NCBI GenBank assembly: GCA_963785305.1 | Contig: CAWAUV010000007.1 | Location: forward strand, 2,144,001 to 2,208,000 | Source: an uncultured Planctomycetaceae bacterium | GTDB lineage: Bacteria; Planctomycetota; Planctomycetia; Pirellulales; PALSA-1355 | DNA: 64,000 bases | Direction: 5' to 3' | Shown here: in pieces, positions 1 to 15,240 of the stretch | How positions within the stretch are numbered: the stretch's first letter is position 1 | Layout: every line of letters starts with the position of its first letter | The notes under the pieces: generated by a model | What the model was told of the DNA's origin: nothing | Databases searched by the model: none | The model's input: the letters and a program-made list of their open reading frames with translations, nothing else | Position numbers and translations under genes: made by a program

Positions 1-431
1 CGCTTGACGGCCGAACAGTTCTTCGACAGTGTGCGCATGGCGACCACCGGCGAGCTGAACTCGACGCAGCGAGCCTATCTCGACGCCAGCAGCACGGCGC
101 TCGGCCAAGCGCTGGGCAAGCCGGCTTCGCGTGGCGAGATCAGCACCGCGCGGAGCGATGAAACCTCGTTGCCCCTGGCATCGAGCTGCTCAATGGCCAT
201 GAACTGCCGGAGATGATCGAAGCGAGCGCCGTGTTTTCCCGGCCGCTCCGCAAGCAAGACATGCGGCCCGTGGTCGAGCGCGTGTATCATGCGGTGTTGG
301 GCCGCGCGCCATCGCTCGAGGAAAAGCGGCTGGCGCACGCGTTCCTGGCCAGCTCGCCCTCGATTGCCGATGGGGTCAAGGACCTCCACGCGGTCCTGTT
401 CATGAGTCCGGAGTTCGAGTTCATTAAATAA
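1..431 (+). CDS. DUF1553 (PSD1)-type planctomycete protein, C-terminal part (runs off the window start; frameshift near 170)
   Basis: RLTAEQFFDS start, then ELLNG...ERVYHAVLGRAPS.EE...DLHAVLFMSPEFEF, the typical DUF1553 C-terminus. ORFs 4-216 and 213-431 join. A DUF1501 gene lies downstream. Confidence 0.75.
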
Positions 432-694
432 TCCAGCGAACGCCTTGAAGTGTCCAATTCCCTAAGCCACGCGAGCTGCGGCGATGCCGAAGCGACAGAA
501 AACAGAATAACCCAATACACAGAAACAACTTATCGCGGCAGCGGATTCTCGATCTACTGTAATTGAAAAACGCGCGGGTGATCCGCGGCGCTGCCGAAAC
601 ATTGGAAAGATGCTAGTCTTTCGCGACAGTGCTGGAATCGCGCCCGTGTGCGCAATACGATGAAATTCCGCGGGAAAATTCAAAGGGCAAAGCC

Positions 695-913
695 ATGATC
701 GTCAACGACCCAGCCGCTCAACGAAGCTCACTGACGCCGGCCGAGGCGGCGCAAGTGAGCGCGCTCGTTCAAGAGGAAATTGTCCGCCAACTTGCGGCGC
801 AGCAGTTCGCGCGAATGGCCGGGGAAGCGTTTTGGCCTGCTTGGCGCTCGGTGTCCGCGCAAATCGAGTCAATCATTCGTCAATCGCAACACGACATGAG
901 GCGATCCGGCTGA
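695..913 (+). CDS. small hypothetical protein (72 aa)
   Basis: ATG at 695. Its TGA overlaps the next ATG (TGATG at 911-915), suggesting translational coupling. Confidence 0.45.
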   Translation: MIVNDPAAQRSSLTPAEAAQVSALVQEEIVRQLAAQQFARMAGEAFWPAWRSVSAQIESIIRQSQHDMRRSG

Positions 914-1320
914 TGGCATCTCCAGACGAATCGCTAGACGCTGAAAAAGCGCGAGATGAACCGAGCCGGCAGCCAATCGACCAGCTTCCGCCCGAGGTGA
1001 TTCGAGCAGCCGTGGCGCGGGCGACGCAATCATTCACTTCGGTCCAGCTTGCGATGGGCCCCGCGCCGAATGAGTTTGTGCAAAAACTCGAGCCGGCACA
1101 TATCACGGAGTTGCTCGAAGCGAATGATCGCGAGCGAAAGCGAAACCACGACAGCAATCGCCTCTATTTTGCCGGGACCCTCATCGCGTTTTTCGGAATC
1201 TCGTGGCTCTTTCTCGGATATCAGAAGGGCGAGCTCGTCGAGAAAATCGTTTTGCATTTGATGTCGTTCGGCGCCGGCGCTCTTGGTGGATACGGTTTCG
1301 CCAAAGCGAAAATATCGTGA
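913..1320 (+). CDS. small membrane protein, DUF2335-like
   Basis: Soluble N-terminus with GPAP...HITELLE, then two C-terminal hydrophobic helices ending GALGGYGFAK. Confidence 0.55.
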   Translation: MASPDESLDAEKARDEPSRQPIDQLPPEVIRAAVARATQSFTSVQLAMGPAPNEFVQKLEPAHITELLEANDRERKRNHDSNRLYFAGTLIAFFGISWLFLGYQKGELVEKIVLHLMSFGAGALGGYGFAKAKIS

Positions 1321-1352
1321 CGGCCGCTGAACTTCGTGAAGATTCTGACTGT

Positions 1353-2840
1353 ATGAGCGATACTCGCCCCATCATTCGACGAGAAGTCTTGCGGCGCAGA
1401 GCGCTGGCCGGCGCGGCCCTGCTAGGGCGAAGCGCGCTGCCGGCGATCGCGCGCGGCCTCCGTTCCGGCCCGGCCACGGGCCACGGCCGACAGCGTGATT
1501 TTCATCTGGCTGCCGGGTGGCATCGCCCAAAACGATTGCTGGGACATCAAACGCCACACGCCGTTCGAGCCCGGCATGCGCGGCGACCAGTTGCTTGGCA
1601 CATGTCCTTCGATTCCCACGAGCGTCGACGGGCTTCGCTTCGGCGAAGGGCTCGAGCAGATCGCTTCGGTCATGAACCGCGGCGCGCTTGTGCGGAGCTT
1701 GACCAGCGAAACCAAGTTCGGCGCCGTGCATCTCAAGGCGCAATACGCCATGCTCACCGGATATCTGTTTCCGGTGGGTGTCAAAGCGCCCAGCATCGGC
1801 GCGGTTGTCGGGCGCACGCTGGGACCGCGCGTGGCCGAGGCGCCGCCGTATATCTATATTGGCCGCGATATCGACACGAGCGACACCGAAAAGCAATTTC
1901 TCCACGAGGCGGTCGGCCCCGGCTTTTATGGACCTGAACATGCCCCGCTGATGATTCCCGATCCGGCCGCCGGCCTCGCCACGCTCGGCGCCGCGGCGGG
2001 CATGGATCGCGCCCAGCTCGACCGCAAGCTCGAATATCTTGGCAAGCTGCATGGCCTCTCGGCCGAGGGCCTGCGCGCTTCGGGCAAAGTGGCCGCTTAC
2101 ATGAAGATGCTCGGCCAAGCGCCGGCTGATGGACTCGCCGGTGAAGCGGGCCTTCGAATTCACCCGCGACGAATCGCCCGAGACCTTGGCCGCCTATGCG
2201 CCCCGAATCGCGGCCTCGGAGCTGATCGACAAGAACTATTTCCACGGCAAGCGGTTTGGCCAAGGCTTGCTGCTGCGCGCAGGTTGGTCGAGGCCGGGGC
2301 GAGGTTCGTGCAAGTGGAATATCAATACGGCGCCTTCCGCGGTTTCGACACGCATGAAAACGGCAGCGCGCGGATCTCGGAGATGAAGCGGCAGATCGAT
2401 GGCCCGATCGCCCAGCTCGTTCGCGACCTCGCCCAGCGTGGTTTGCTCGAGCGCACCTTGGTGGTCGTGGCCAGCGAATTCGGCCGCACGGTCGCCAATC
2501 AGCCCAAGGCCGGCATCGAACCGATCGGTTTCGCCGAACGCCAGTCGGGCGCCGATCTCGTGATCGCCGACGAGAAAATGTATGGCTTTCACGGCCACTT
2601 CAGCAGCGCGAATTGCGCCTACTCTTCGGCGGCGGCATCAAGCAGGGGCTCGTGCATGGTCGCACGGCCGACGCCCATCCGATGGTTCCCATCGAGCAGC
2701 CGGTGAATCTGATCGACTTCCACGCGTCGCTCTATCGCGCGCTCGGCATTCCGGCGAATCACTCGTACCTTACCGAGTCGCGACCGTTCTATGTGACCAA
2801 AGACGGCAAGGGGCGGCCGGTCGAGGCGCTCTTCGCCTGA
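1353..2840 (+). CDS. DUF1501 domain protein (Tat-like leader; several frameshifts)
   Basis: RREVL leader, VIFIWLPGG..Q.D.WD.K, PSIGAVV, ARRLVEAGARFV, FDTHEN, LLERTLVVVASEFGRT, GGGIKQG.VHG.T. Spans ORFs 1203, 1495, 2129 and 2613. Confidence 0.85.
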
Positions 2841-2871
2841 GTGCCAAACGTGGAAAACTCGTCCGCCGGCT

Positions 2872-3579
2872 TTAGTCTTGCCGCTTCGGCTCGCTCGCGG
2901 CGGGCTCGGCGGGGTTTGATTCGTCGCCGGGCGGGGGCTCGGGCGTCGCGAACTTTTCGGCGGCTTCTTCCACCATCTCGGCCAGCGATGTCGAAGCCGC
3001 GCGGCTTTTTCGCCAGGCCCAAAACACGGCCGCGCCAACCGCCAGCAGCACCAAGATCGTGAAGAGCCATTCGGACCGCTCGATATAGGGCTGGGCCTTC
3101 TTGCCAAAGGCATAGCTCAGACCGAAGAACGTGCTCACCACGGCCGCCGCGCAAAAGGAGTCGATCAACACAAACCGCCGCATCGGCATCCGCAATATGC
3201 CCACCGCCAGATACACCGGCGCCCGCAGAAACACCATGAACCGCACCACGAGCAGCACCTTGAGCCCGTGCCGCTCGATCCATTTTTCCACTCGCTTCTC
3301 GCGCTCCGCGTGCAACAAGCTGGCGATCCGCGGATGCTTCATCGCCAGCGTGTGGCCGAAGTGATAGCCGATCGAATACAGCACGCAGTCGCCCAGAAGC
3401 GCGCCGATGAAACACGACCCCAGCGCCCACGGCCAATAGAGCTGCTGGATCGACGCGGCGTAGCCGGCATAGAGAATCGGCAATTCCTCGGGCACCGGGA
3501 GTCCCGCGCCCGTGAGAATCAGCACGAGAATAATCAGCCCGTAAGAGCCGGGAGTTAGAATATCCAAGTTTGCGAACAC
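2872..3579 (-). CDS. DedA family membrane protein
   Basis: GLPVPEE, GALLGD...Y.IG, RHG...L...RF...R motifs; multiple TM segments. Confidence 0.9.
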   Translation of the reverse strand: MFANLDILTPGSYGLIILVLILTGAGLPVPEELPILYAGYAASIQQLYWPWALGSCFIGALLGDCVLYSIGYHFGHTLAMKHPRIASLLHAEREKRVEKWIERHGLKVLLVVRFMVFLRAPVYLAVGILRMPMRRFVLIDSFCAAAVVSTFFGLSYAFGKKAQPYIERSEWLFTILVLLAVGAAVFWAWRKSRAASTSLAEMVEEAAEKFATPEPPPGDESNPAEPAASEPKRQD

Positions 3580-3772
3580 TCCGGCTTGCTATGTAACAGT
3601 CGATCCCCGCGGTCGGGCGATTCCGAACTCCAAAAATATGACAGACAACCGCAAGGGCTGTCGAGCGGGCGCGACGACCGCGAAACGTGGCGAACCGGGC
3701 TTTGCGAGCGCCGCGGTCCCGAGCGATCCCGTCCGCCGGCCCGCGGCGCTGGCCAATCCGAACGCGCCGGCC

Positions 3773-4911
3773 TTATCCATCCGATGGCGACCATTGGCCT
3801 TCGGCCAGCGAGCACGCATGGATTCGCAGTTCTCCGCTCCGCGCTCCCGGCGACACGATCAAGCAACCGATTTCCGGATTTCGCGAGCAGAATTCGCCCG
3901 CCGCCCGCGGACCGAGCACATAGAAGGCGGTGGAGAGCGCATCGGCCAGGGACGCCGTGGGGGCCACGACCGTCGCCGAGAGCACTCCCTCGGCCGGCCA
4001 GCCCGAGCGAGGATCGAGGATATGTCCATATCGCCGGCCTTCGTGCATGAAAAACTGCGTGCCCGAACCGCTCGTGGCCAACGCCTGATTCCTGAGAAAC
4101 AGTTGCCCCAGGCGCCGCTCCGGCCGCAGCGGATTGCGCACTCCGATCCGCCAGCCCACTTCGCGCGGCAAGCCGCCATGGGCTCCCCGGGCCAGCACAC
4201 TGCTATTTCCGCCGTGAAGCAAAAAGTCATCGACTCCCGCGGCCTCGATCAGTTCGGCGGCCCGATCGAGCGCGTAGCCTTTGCCGATCGCTCCCAGATT
4301 AATCTCGACGCCGGGCCGCGAGAAGCGAATGCGGCCCTCGGCCAGATCGCATTGCAGATACTGGCAGCCGACGCGCTCGAGAGCCGCCGCGATTCGCGCC
4401 GGGCTGGGCATCGCGCCCGCGCGGCGCGAAAAACCCCATGTCGCCGAGAGCGGGCCGGCCGTGATATCAAACGCGCCTTGCGTTTCCCCATGCAACCGGC
4501 ACGCGTCGGCGAGCAAGGCCAAGAGTCGTGGCTCGACCGCGACCGGCGCCGCGAACGCATGGGCATTGATTTGGCTGATCTCGCTATGAGCCCGATAAAC
4601 CGAGAGTTGATCCTCGAGCCGGTCGACAAGGTCCAGCGCGGCCAGGGCGGCCGGGGTGCTCGCGGGGTGCTGGCCGGCGTTGAAGACGAATTCGAATTTG
4701 CAGGCCATCGCGGCGCGCTCGAACCGCACCAGATTCACCACTCGCGCGCGGTCGGGGAAGTCGACGTCGAGATCGGTTGGGCGCTCGGCCAGCGGATCGG
4801 ATGTCGGATCGGGCAGCGGCGGCGCAGCGCGTCGGAGAGCTGGCCGAGGGCGTCGGCGAGCGCTTTGCCGCGGAGAAAGTCGCGTCGCGAGCTTTGCGAT
4901 CCGTCGTTCAT
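3773..4911 (-). CDS. apbE: FAD:protein FMN transferase (ApbE family); frameshift near 4780-4830
   Basis: AMAC.F, SEISQIN, GAFDIT.GPL...WGF, NLGAIGKGYALD, ALATSG, GHILDPRSG, ADALSTA. The N-terminus MNDGSQSSRRDFLRG is in an adjacent frame. Confidence 0.9.
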
Positions 4912-5053
4912 GCGCAGCCTTCGAGTCTTCAAGCCGATCGGAAACGGAAAATCGTTAAAAAATCCTCGCGAAGCCGCGCGGCGCCATCGGGCGCCCTGGT
5001 CGAACTTGCATCATAATCGAAATCCGGCTTTCGCGCACCCGCCGACCGGGCGA

Positions 5054-5095
5054 ACTGGCGGACAGGCCGTACTGGCGGAGTGGCGAACTGGCGGA
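5054..5095. repeat. three direct copies of ACTGGCGGA in the divergent apbE/cytochrome intergenic region
   Basis: Copies at 5054, 5071 and 5087 (spacing 17 and 16). Confidence 0.6.
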
Positions 5096-5264
5096 TAGGG
5101 CGAAGAATGTGAACTGAATCGCAGGACTTCAAAAACGGCGCGGTTCAAGCGATAATAAAATCGTTATCGGCGGCGGCGGTTCCGCCGCGGGCCTCGGCGC
5201 GTTTTCGAGGCGCGTTCCGTTGAACAAGCCCGAAGTGTTGCAGCCCCCTGGGAGATCACGCGCG

Positions 5265-6214
5265 ATGCGGCATGCCCTTTGGAAGTCCTGCGGTTTGACT
5301 CTGGCGCTCCTGCTGATGGCGGCGACGCTCTGGGCCGGCGCGATCAAGCGGGCCAAGCCGCCACACTGGTCGTCGAGCGTGAGTGGAGCGTTTTTCACCG
5401 ATGCGCGAAAAGCTCGAGGGCGAGCGTCCGGCCCCCGGCGCCGGGCGCTGGCCCCGCGGCGGGCGCTCCGGCCGGCATGGCCGAAGCCGACTCGGGCGCC
5501 GCTGCCGGTGGCTCCTATGCCTGGAGCAAGCTCATCGGCTCCGAGGAGCTCGAAGACGAAATCAAGACGACGCAAAAGAAATTCAGCGAGCTGATCACTC
5601 TGCCCGCGCCATTCAAGGGCGGCGGTTACAAGGATGCCCGACGCCTGCTCTCCGAGCTCGCGTTGCTGTTTGGGATTATCGCCGAATACGATGGCGAAGT
5701 GCGGTGGAAGAAAGAAGCACCCAGCATGCGCGAGTTGCTGGCCCGCACCGGCTTCAATTGCAAAGTCGGCACGGATGCTTCGTACAACGAAGCCAAGCTG
5801 CGGAAGGACGAACTGGAGACCCTGGTCCGCGGCGGCGGCGGGCCCTCGGTGCCGAATGTCGAAGTGAAGGCGGTTTGGGACAAAGTGGCGGGCCGGCCGC
5901 CGCTGATGCAGAGGCTTGAAATGGCCCAGCAGCAGACCGTGGCCACGAGCATGGCGAGCGCCGGCGATTTCAATAAGAACCAAGAAAAGGTGCTCAAGGA
6001 AGCGGAGTTGATTGCCGCGATCGCCGAAGTGATTACCCGCGAAGGCTACGAATTCGCCGACGATCAGGGCTACCAAAAGTTCGCCAAGGATATGCGCGCC
6101 GCGGCGATCGAAGTGTCGGAAGCGGCCAAGAGCAAGAACTACGACGCGGCCCGCGCCGCCAGCGGCAAGATCGACAAATCGTGCAGCCAGTGCCACGAAG
6201 GCTTCCGCAGTTGA
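5265..6214 (+). CDS. exported c-type cytochrome (cytochrome c'/c556-like helical domain); frameshift near 5405
   Basis: Signal peptide MRHALWKSCGLTLALLLMAATLWA, helical body, single C-terminal CSQCH heme motif. Confidence 0.75.
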
Positions 6215-6253
6215 GCGACGCGCGCGGCCGCCGCGCCGAGCCTCGCCGCACGA

Positions 6254-8495
6254 CTAACCGCGCCGCTTGAGAAAGCCGGGCAGGAGCTGCGCGGCGCAGG
6301 CCTTCGGCGGGCTTGGGTTTGACCGGCGGCGTTTCCTCGGTGGCCATCAAGTAGCTCTTGATGCTCGCCATCACGAGCCGCGCCCGCTCGGTCGAATCGG
6401 CCCGACGCCGGTCGCGATGGCGCTTCGGGCGAATCGCCGCGTAGATCTGGGTGCGCACATGGCGTTTGGGCAGTGTGCCGTCTTCCGAGGCGTCTTGACC
6501 TTCCTCCGTGAGTCGAATTTCGACGAGAAACGGCACCGCGCGGTCGCCGCTGCGGCGCAGGAGCGGCTGCCGCTGGCCTTCGATACGCAGAATGAATCGT
6601 CTCGCCATCGATCGATTCGATCTCCGCGAAGTGGTCCATCACGAAGCCGCGCAGCTTTTCGATCGCCACCTGCATCGGCACCATCGTGCTCATCCACTTC
6701 TCGACCAGGAGCTCATTGCCGCCGCGGCCAAACCAGCCGCGCCGCTGAGCCGGTTCGTCGGCCGCGACGATTCCGCCGCCAAGCTGCACGACCATGTTCC
6801 GGCCGCGCTGCTTCGCTTCGAGCAGCGCCCGATCCGCTCGGCGCAGCATCGTGGCGGGCGTGTCGCCGTGTTGCACTTCGGTCACGCCGAAGCTGGCCGT
6901 GATGCACTGGCCGCGTAGCGCGGGTTGCGGCAACTGACTCACCGCGCGGCGGATCTCCTCGGCCCGATCGGCCGCCGTGCTGTTGTTGCAATCGGCGCAC
7001 AGGAGCACGAATTCCTCGCCGCCGTAGCGGGCCGCGAGATCGCCGGGCTGGCAGAAGCCCTTGAGCATTTGAGCGAAGCTCTTCAGCGCCTCGTCGCCGG
7101 CCGGGTGCCCGTAGGTGTCGTTGATGCGTTTGAAATGATCGATATCGCAAATCACGAGGCTGCAAGGCAAGCAGCGCTCGAGATGCTCCTTGACGAAGAT
7201 TTCAAGCGCCCGATCGAACTCCGCCCGGTTCGCCACTTGCGTGAGCGGGTCCTTCGTGGCCCGGTCGTGCAGCGATTGGCAGCGTTTTTCGAGCGAGGCC
7301 TCGGGCGAGGCGTCGTGCAGCACCACGGTGGCGCCATGCGTGACGCCGTCTTTATCCACGACCGGCACCGCGTGCATATCCACTTGCACCAGCCGGCCGC
7401 TGCGACCATGGATCGTCAGCCGCCGCAGGGATTGAGCCCCGCTTTGAATCGCATAGCGCACCGGGCAGTCGCCGGGCAACAGCTCATCGCCGCAGTCGTC
7501 GGTCAGTTGGATCAGCTCGGGCGACCACGAATGATCGATCACGCTGGCCGCGCCAGACCGGTGAGGCGTTCGGCCCCACGATTCCAAAGCGTGATCTTCA
7601 AGGTGCGATCGACGAACACCACCGCGTCGTGCATGTTTTCGAGCAGCTTTTGCTGAAACACATCGAACGGCAAGTCGGCCGTGGCCGGGGCCGCGGGCTT
7701 CCATTGCCAAAGCCGATCGGCCGAACGCGGGTCGAGCTCCGTGAGCCACCGCCGAGCAACACGGGTTTGCAGGTCCACATTGTCGTGAACCACGCTGAAT
7801 ACCTTGACCAGATCGGGATCGAACTGATTGCCCGCGCCGCCGTACAGTTCGCTCATCGCCCGATCGTGCGACATCGCGCGGCGATACACCTGATCGGTCG
7901 TCATCGAGTCAAACGCGTCGACGATCGCCAGCACTCGTGATCCGAGCGGAATTTCTTGAGCCCGTAGCGGATAGCCGGCCCGTGAGCCATCGAACCAAGC
8001 GGGCGCATGGCGCACGATTTCCAGGATATTGGCCGAAGTGCAGCAACTGCGGAGAATATCGAGGCCCACGAGGCGGTGCCGATCGACGATCCCCATTTCA
8101 TCGGGCAGCAGCAGGCCCGGCTTGAGCAGAATCGCATCGGGCACGCCGAGCTTACCGATATCATGCAAGAGCGCGGCGATTTCGAGTTCGTCGCGTGAAG
8201 TTTCATCCATCTCCAAGGCATATGCCCACGCCGAGCACCCGAGCGCCACCCGCAGGCTATGCGAAGCCGTGGGCAAGTGTTTCGATCGCATGGCGAGAAA
8301 CAAGGCGCCGGCGAGCCCGAGCCGTGCTTCGGCCAAGCGATTTTCGTGATGCAACTCGGCGGCTTGGGGCACAAGTGTCGCGGTGGCGGCGTCGAACTGG
8401 TCGATCAAAGCGGCCACCTCGGTCAACCGCTCGGTGAGCGGAGGCGCGGCGTCGAGCGGCGATCGATCGACTTGGGAGTTCAAGGATTGAGACAC
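6254..8495 (-). CDS. HD-GYP + PAS + GGDEF diguanylate cyclase (frameshifts near 7545 and 6592; 3' end approximate)
   Basis: HSLRVA, LLHDIGKLGV, GYP, IVDAFDSMT; PAS WNRGAERLTG; DPLTQVANR, DIDHFKRINDTYGHPAGD, RYGGEEF, ADRAL..AK..GRN. Confidence 0.88.
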
Positions 8496-8818
8496 GTTGC
8501 GGCGCCCCCGAAGCATGTGGCAGGAACATGGCGGCGAAATTCCAGCAGCCAGCGGCAACGAAAGCCCCCGGGCCACGAATGCTTCGCGGCGCATCAGGCT
8601 GCTATCAAAAGCTAGTTTGAGCGTCAGGTAAGTCAAATGCCGCACGAACGTTCCGGCTCATGCGGATCGTTCCGGGGGGCGAGAGGTCGCGGGCCGCGAG
8701 AATCGCCCCCGGCGCCGAGGCCGGCGAATCGTTACCACCGGCGCCAGCGGCACGCTCTGGCCAGCGGCCTCGGAATCGGCGTGGCCCACCGCCCTCGGCG
8801 GGCGCTCCGAGGTTTTGA

Positions 8819-12724
<3,906 letters not shown>

Positions 12725-12850
12725 TCCGCGGGGAGTGACGCCCCGCTTCGGGCTGGGGTAAAATAAAGCTAGCCGCGGGCGACGAATGTGGGTCGGCGGC
12801 GATGCGTCTTCTTGGCGGATATTCCTCGCGGATTTGCAAAAGTCGAGCCC

Positions 12851-13930
12851 ATGCCGAGCCGCTGGTTCAATATAACCGTCGTGCTGTTTTGGTTGTGCAG
12901 CATGAGCTGGCTCGCGCTCACCAAGGTGTTGCCGCCCTTTTATGTCGGCGAGCCGCCGAACTATCGAGCGATTCTCGCCGAACAACGCCAAATGCAGCCG
13001 GCCTGTTGGCTGGTTCGATGGCGCGAGGAGCCGCTCGGTTGGGCGATCAGCCGCGTGGTGCGGCGGCCCGACGAAATGATGGCGATCCAAGGCCAGATTT
13101 TTCTCCAGCAGTTGCCGCTCGAAGAGCTCGCGCCGGGCTGGTTGGGGTCGATGTTGCGGCCGTTTTTGCGGCGCGGCGCGCTGTCGACGTCGGCCGTGAC
13201 ATTGATGGATGTCGATTCGCTCGGACGCTTGGTGGGCTTCGAATCGCGGCTGGGCCTCAACGACTTCAACGACGCGCTGCGAATCGTCGGCCGCGTCGAT
13301 GGCAATCATGTGCAGCTTGCCATCAGCCAGGCCGGCGAGTCGATCTATAAAGACGATCGGCATTTGCCGTCGAGCGCGCTGCTCGGCGATCAGCTTTCGC
13401 CGCAGTCGGTATTGCCGGGACTGAAGGTCGGCCAAAGCTGGACGATGCCGGCCTTCAATCTCTTTCGCCCGCCCAAGAATTCGATCGAAATCCTGCAGGT
13501 CGAAGTCGAGCGGCGCGAAAAGATCCTGTGGAACGGCGTGCCGACGATGACCTACTTGGTGGTGTGCCGCTGCGATTCGGGCGCCAGTCTCGCTTCACAC
13601 GAAGAACCGCGCAGTCGGCTTTGGGTGCGCGAAGATGGGCTCGTCGTCAAGCAAGAGATTATCTTCTTCAATTCGCCGCTGTGGTTCATTCGCATGCCGG
13701 AGGAAAAGGGCCGGTTCGCCTCGACCTGGGTCGGCAATTGGGCGGAGGCGCCTTCGCCCGAGCGCACGACCGAGCTGTTGAAGGAATTGAGCCGCCCCGA
13801 AGGAGAGCCCAACACGGATCTCGATCAGAACCCCGAGCGCGAGCCAAACAATGCGCTCGAGTCCAACCCCCGGCGCGAGCAAAACCCCGAGCGCAAACGG
13901 CGGCGCCCGAGGCGCGACGCCACTCGCTGA
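12851..13930 (+). CDS. hypothetical membrane-anchored protein
   Basis: N-terminal TM helix (FNITVVLFWLCSMSWLAL), beta-rich body, low-complexity QNPER-repeat tail. Confidence 0.7.
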   Translation: MPSRWFNITVVLFWLCSMSWLALTKVLPPFYVGEPPNYRAILAEQRQMQPACWLVRWREEPLGWAISRVVRRPDEMMAIQGQIFLQQLPLEELAPGWLGSMLRPFLRRGALSTSAVTLMDVDSLGRLVGFESRLGLNDFNDALRIVGRVDGNHVQLAISQAGESIYKDDRHLPSSALLGDQLSPQSVLPGLKVGQSWTMPAFNLFRPPKNSIEILQVEVERREKILWNGVPTMTYLVVCRCDSGASLASHEEPRSRLWVREDGLVVKQEIIFFNSPLWFIRMPEEKGRFASTWVGNWAEAPSPERTTELLKELSRPEGEPNTDLDQNPEREPNNALESNPRREQNPERKRRRPRRDATR

Positions 13931-13968
13931 AAACTCACGAGAGCACGAATCCGAGGAGAGACGGTTTC

Positions 13969-14322
13969 ATGTCGGACACGACCACGAGTATCGAGGCTCT
14001 CAAGCAGCAGGTCTCCCGGTTTGTCGACGCGCGCAAGTGGCGCCCGTTTCACACTCCGAAAAACCTGTCGATGAGCTTGGCGATCGAAGCGGCCGAATTG
14101 ATGGAGCATTTCCAATGGCTGACGCCCGAGGAAGCTTCGGCCGCGGTGTGGGACCCGGCGAAGCGCGTGGCGATCGGCGAGGAGTTGGCCGATGTGCTGT
14201 GCTACGCGCTGGCGCTGGCGGCGCGCATGGAACTGGACATCGCGACCACGGTGGCCGATAAGCTCGAGAAAAACGCCTTAAAATATCCCGTGCCCGGCGG
14301 CGTTCCGCCCCTCGCCGACTGA
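13969..14322 (+). CDS. MazG-like nucleotide pyrophosphohydrolase (dCTP pyrophosphatase type)
   Basis: F...R.W..FHTPKNL.M.L..EAAELMEHFQW, EELADV, KLEKN..KYP; GAGGAG RBS. Confidence 0.9.
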   Translation: MSDTTTSIEALKQQVSRFVDARKWRPFHTPKNLSMSLAIEAAELMEHFQWLTPEEASAAVWDPAKRVAIGEELADVLCYALALAARMELDIATTVADKLEKNALKYPVPGGVPPLAD

Positions 14323-15183
14323 ATCGTCTTTGCGCTGAATCAGTGAGCGTTGGCCGCCCAGGAATCGCTGCTCATGCCCGGCTTCGGCGCCGAGCGTCCT
14401 AAGATCGTCGCCTTCGATGCCCGGCCGCTGTGGCGGCGTTTCTTTCGAGAAAGTGGTCGCCGGCGCCGGTTTTTGCCAGTCGCGGGCCTTGCGCAACGCC
14501 GCTAGCAATGTGGCAATCTCTTCATGAATCGAGCGCGTTTGCGAGATCACGAGCACGCCCGGACGAAGATATTGAGCCATCGATCCAGGGCCGCCGACTT
14601 CGTCCCAGCTCGTGGGCGAGACCACGGAGGTAATCATGTCGATCAGCGAGGAATAATCGGCCGAACCGCGACCATCGTCGACCAAGTCTTTCACCGGGTA
14701 AACGCGAATTTGCAAACAGTTGTCCACATTCTCCTTCGTCGTGATGACCAACGCCTCTCGCCAAATGATCCAACCGAGTTCCAAGTCCTTAAACACGAGA
14801 TCGAAGTAGTCTCGGGCCCGAAACTCATCGCAGACGACGGGCGGCGCCGGCTGATCGGGATCGACGCCCGCTTCTTCCAATGATTTCCGATCGATCACGA
14901 TCAGCGCGTCGATCCGGCGGGCCACTTCGGCGATCATTCCCTCGATTGTCACCCCGGTAGGATCGATCGCGATTCTCTTTTCGAGCGATCTGAGAATCTC
15001 ATTCTCCGCGCGAGTGTCCTCGGGAATAGCCACGGGAATCGAGGAATCGTCACTGCCCGGTACGATCGGTTCCTCGAAGCCACTCGAGCGTTGCGGCGGT
15101 TGCCCTAACGCGCATTGCGCCAGGAACAATGTCGCGCCGATGCCCGCGGCAAAAGCGAGCGTAAAAACCTGATTGCGCATCAT
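14278..15183 (-). CDS. exported planctomycete protein with secretin-N/STN-like domains
   Basis: Signal peptide; IDRKSLEEAGV, RVYPVKDLV, LIDMIT..VSPTSWDEVGGPGS, LVISQT..IHEEI..LL..LR. Confidence 0.65.
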   Translation of the reverse strand: MMRNQVFTLAFAAGIGATLFLAQCALGQPPQRSSGFEEPIVPGSDDSSIPVAIPEDTRAENEILRSLEKRIAIDPTGVTIEGMIAEVARRIDALIVIDRKSLEEAGVDPDQPAPPVVCDEFRARDYFDLVFKDLELGWIIWREALVITTKENVDNCLQIRVYPVKDLVDDGRGSADYSSLIDMITSVVSPTSWDEVGGPGSMAQYLRPGVLVISQTRSIHEEIATLLAALRKARDWQKPAPATTFSKETPPQRPGIEGDDLRTLGAEAGHEQRFLGGQRSLIQRKDDSVGEGRNAAGHGIF

Positions 15184-15240
15184 AAACAGCCTCCCAAAAT
15201 GAGCGACGTGCCAAGGCATTGAAATAGGGAATCACGCTCG

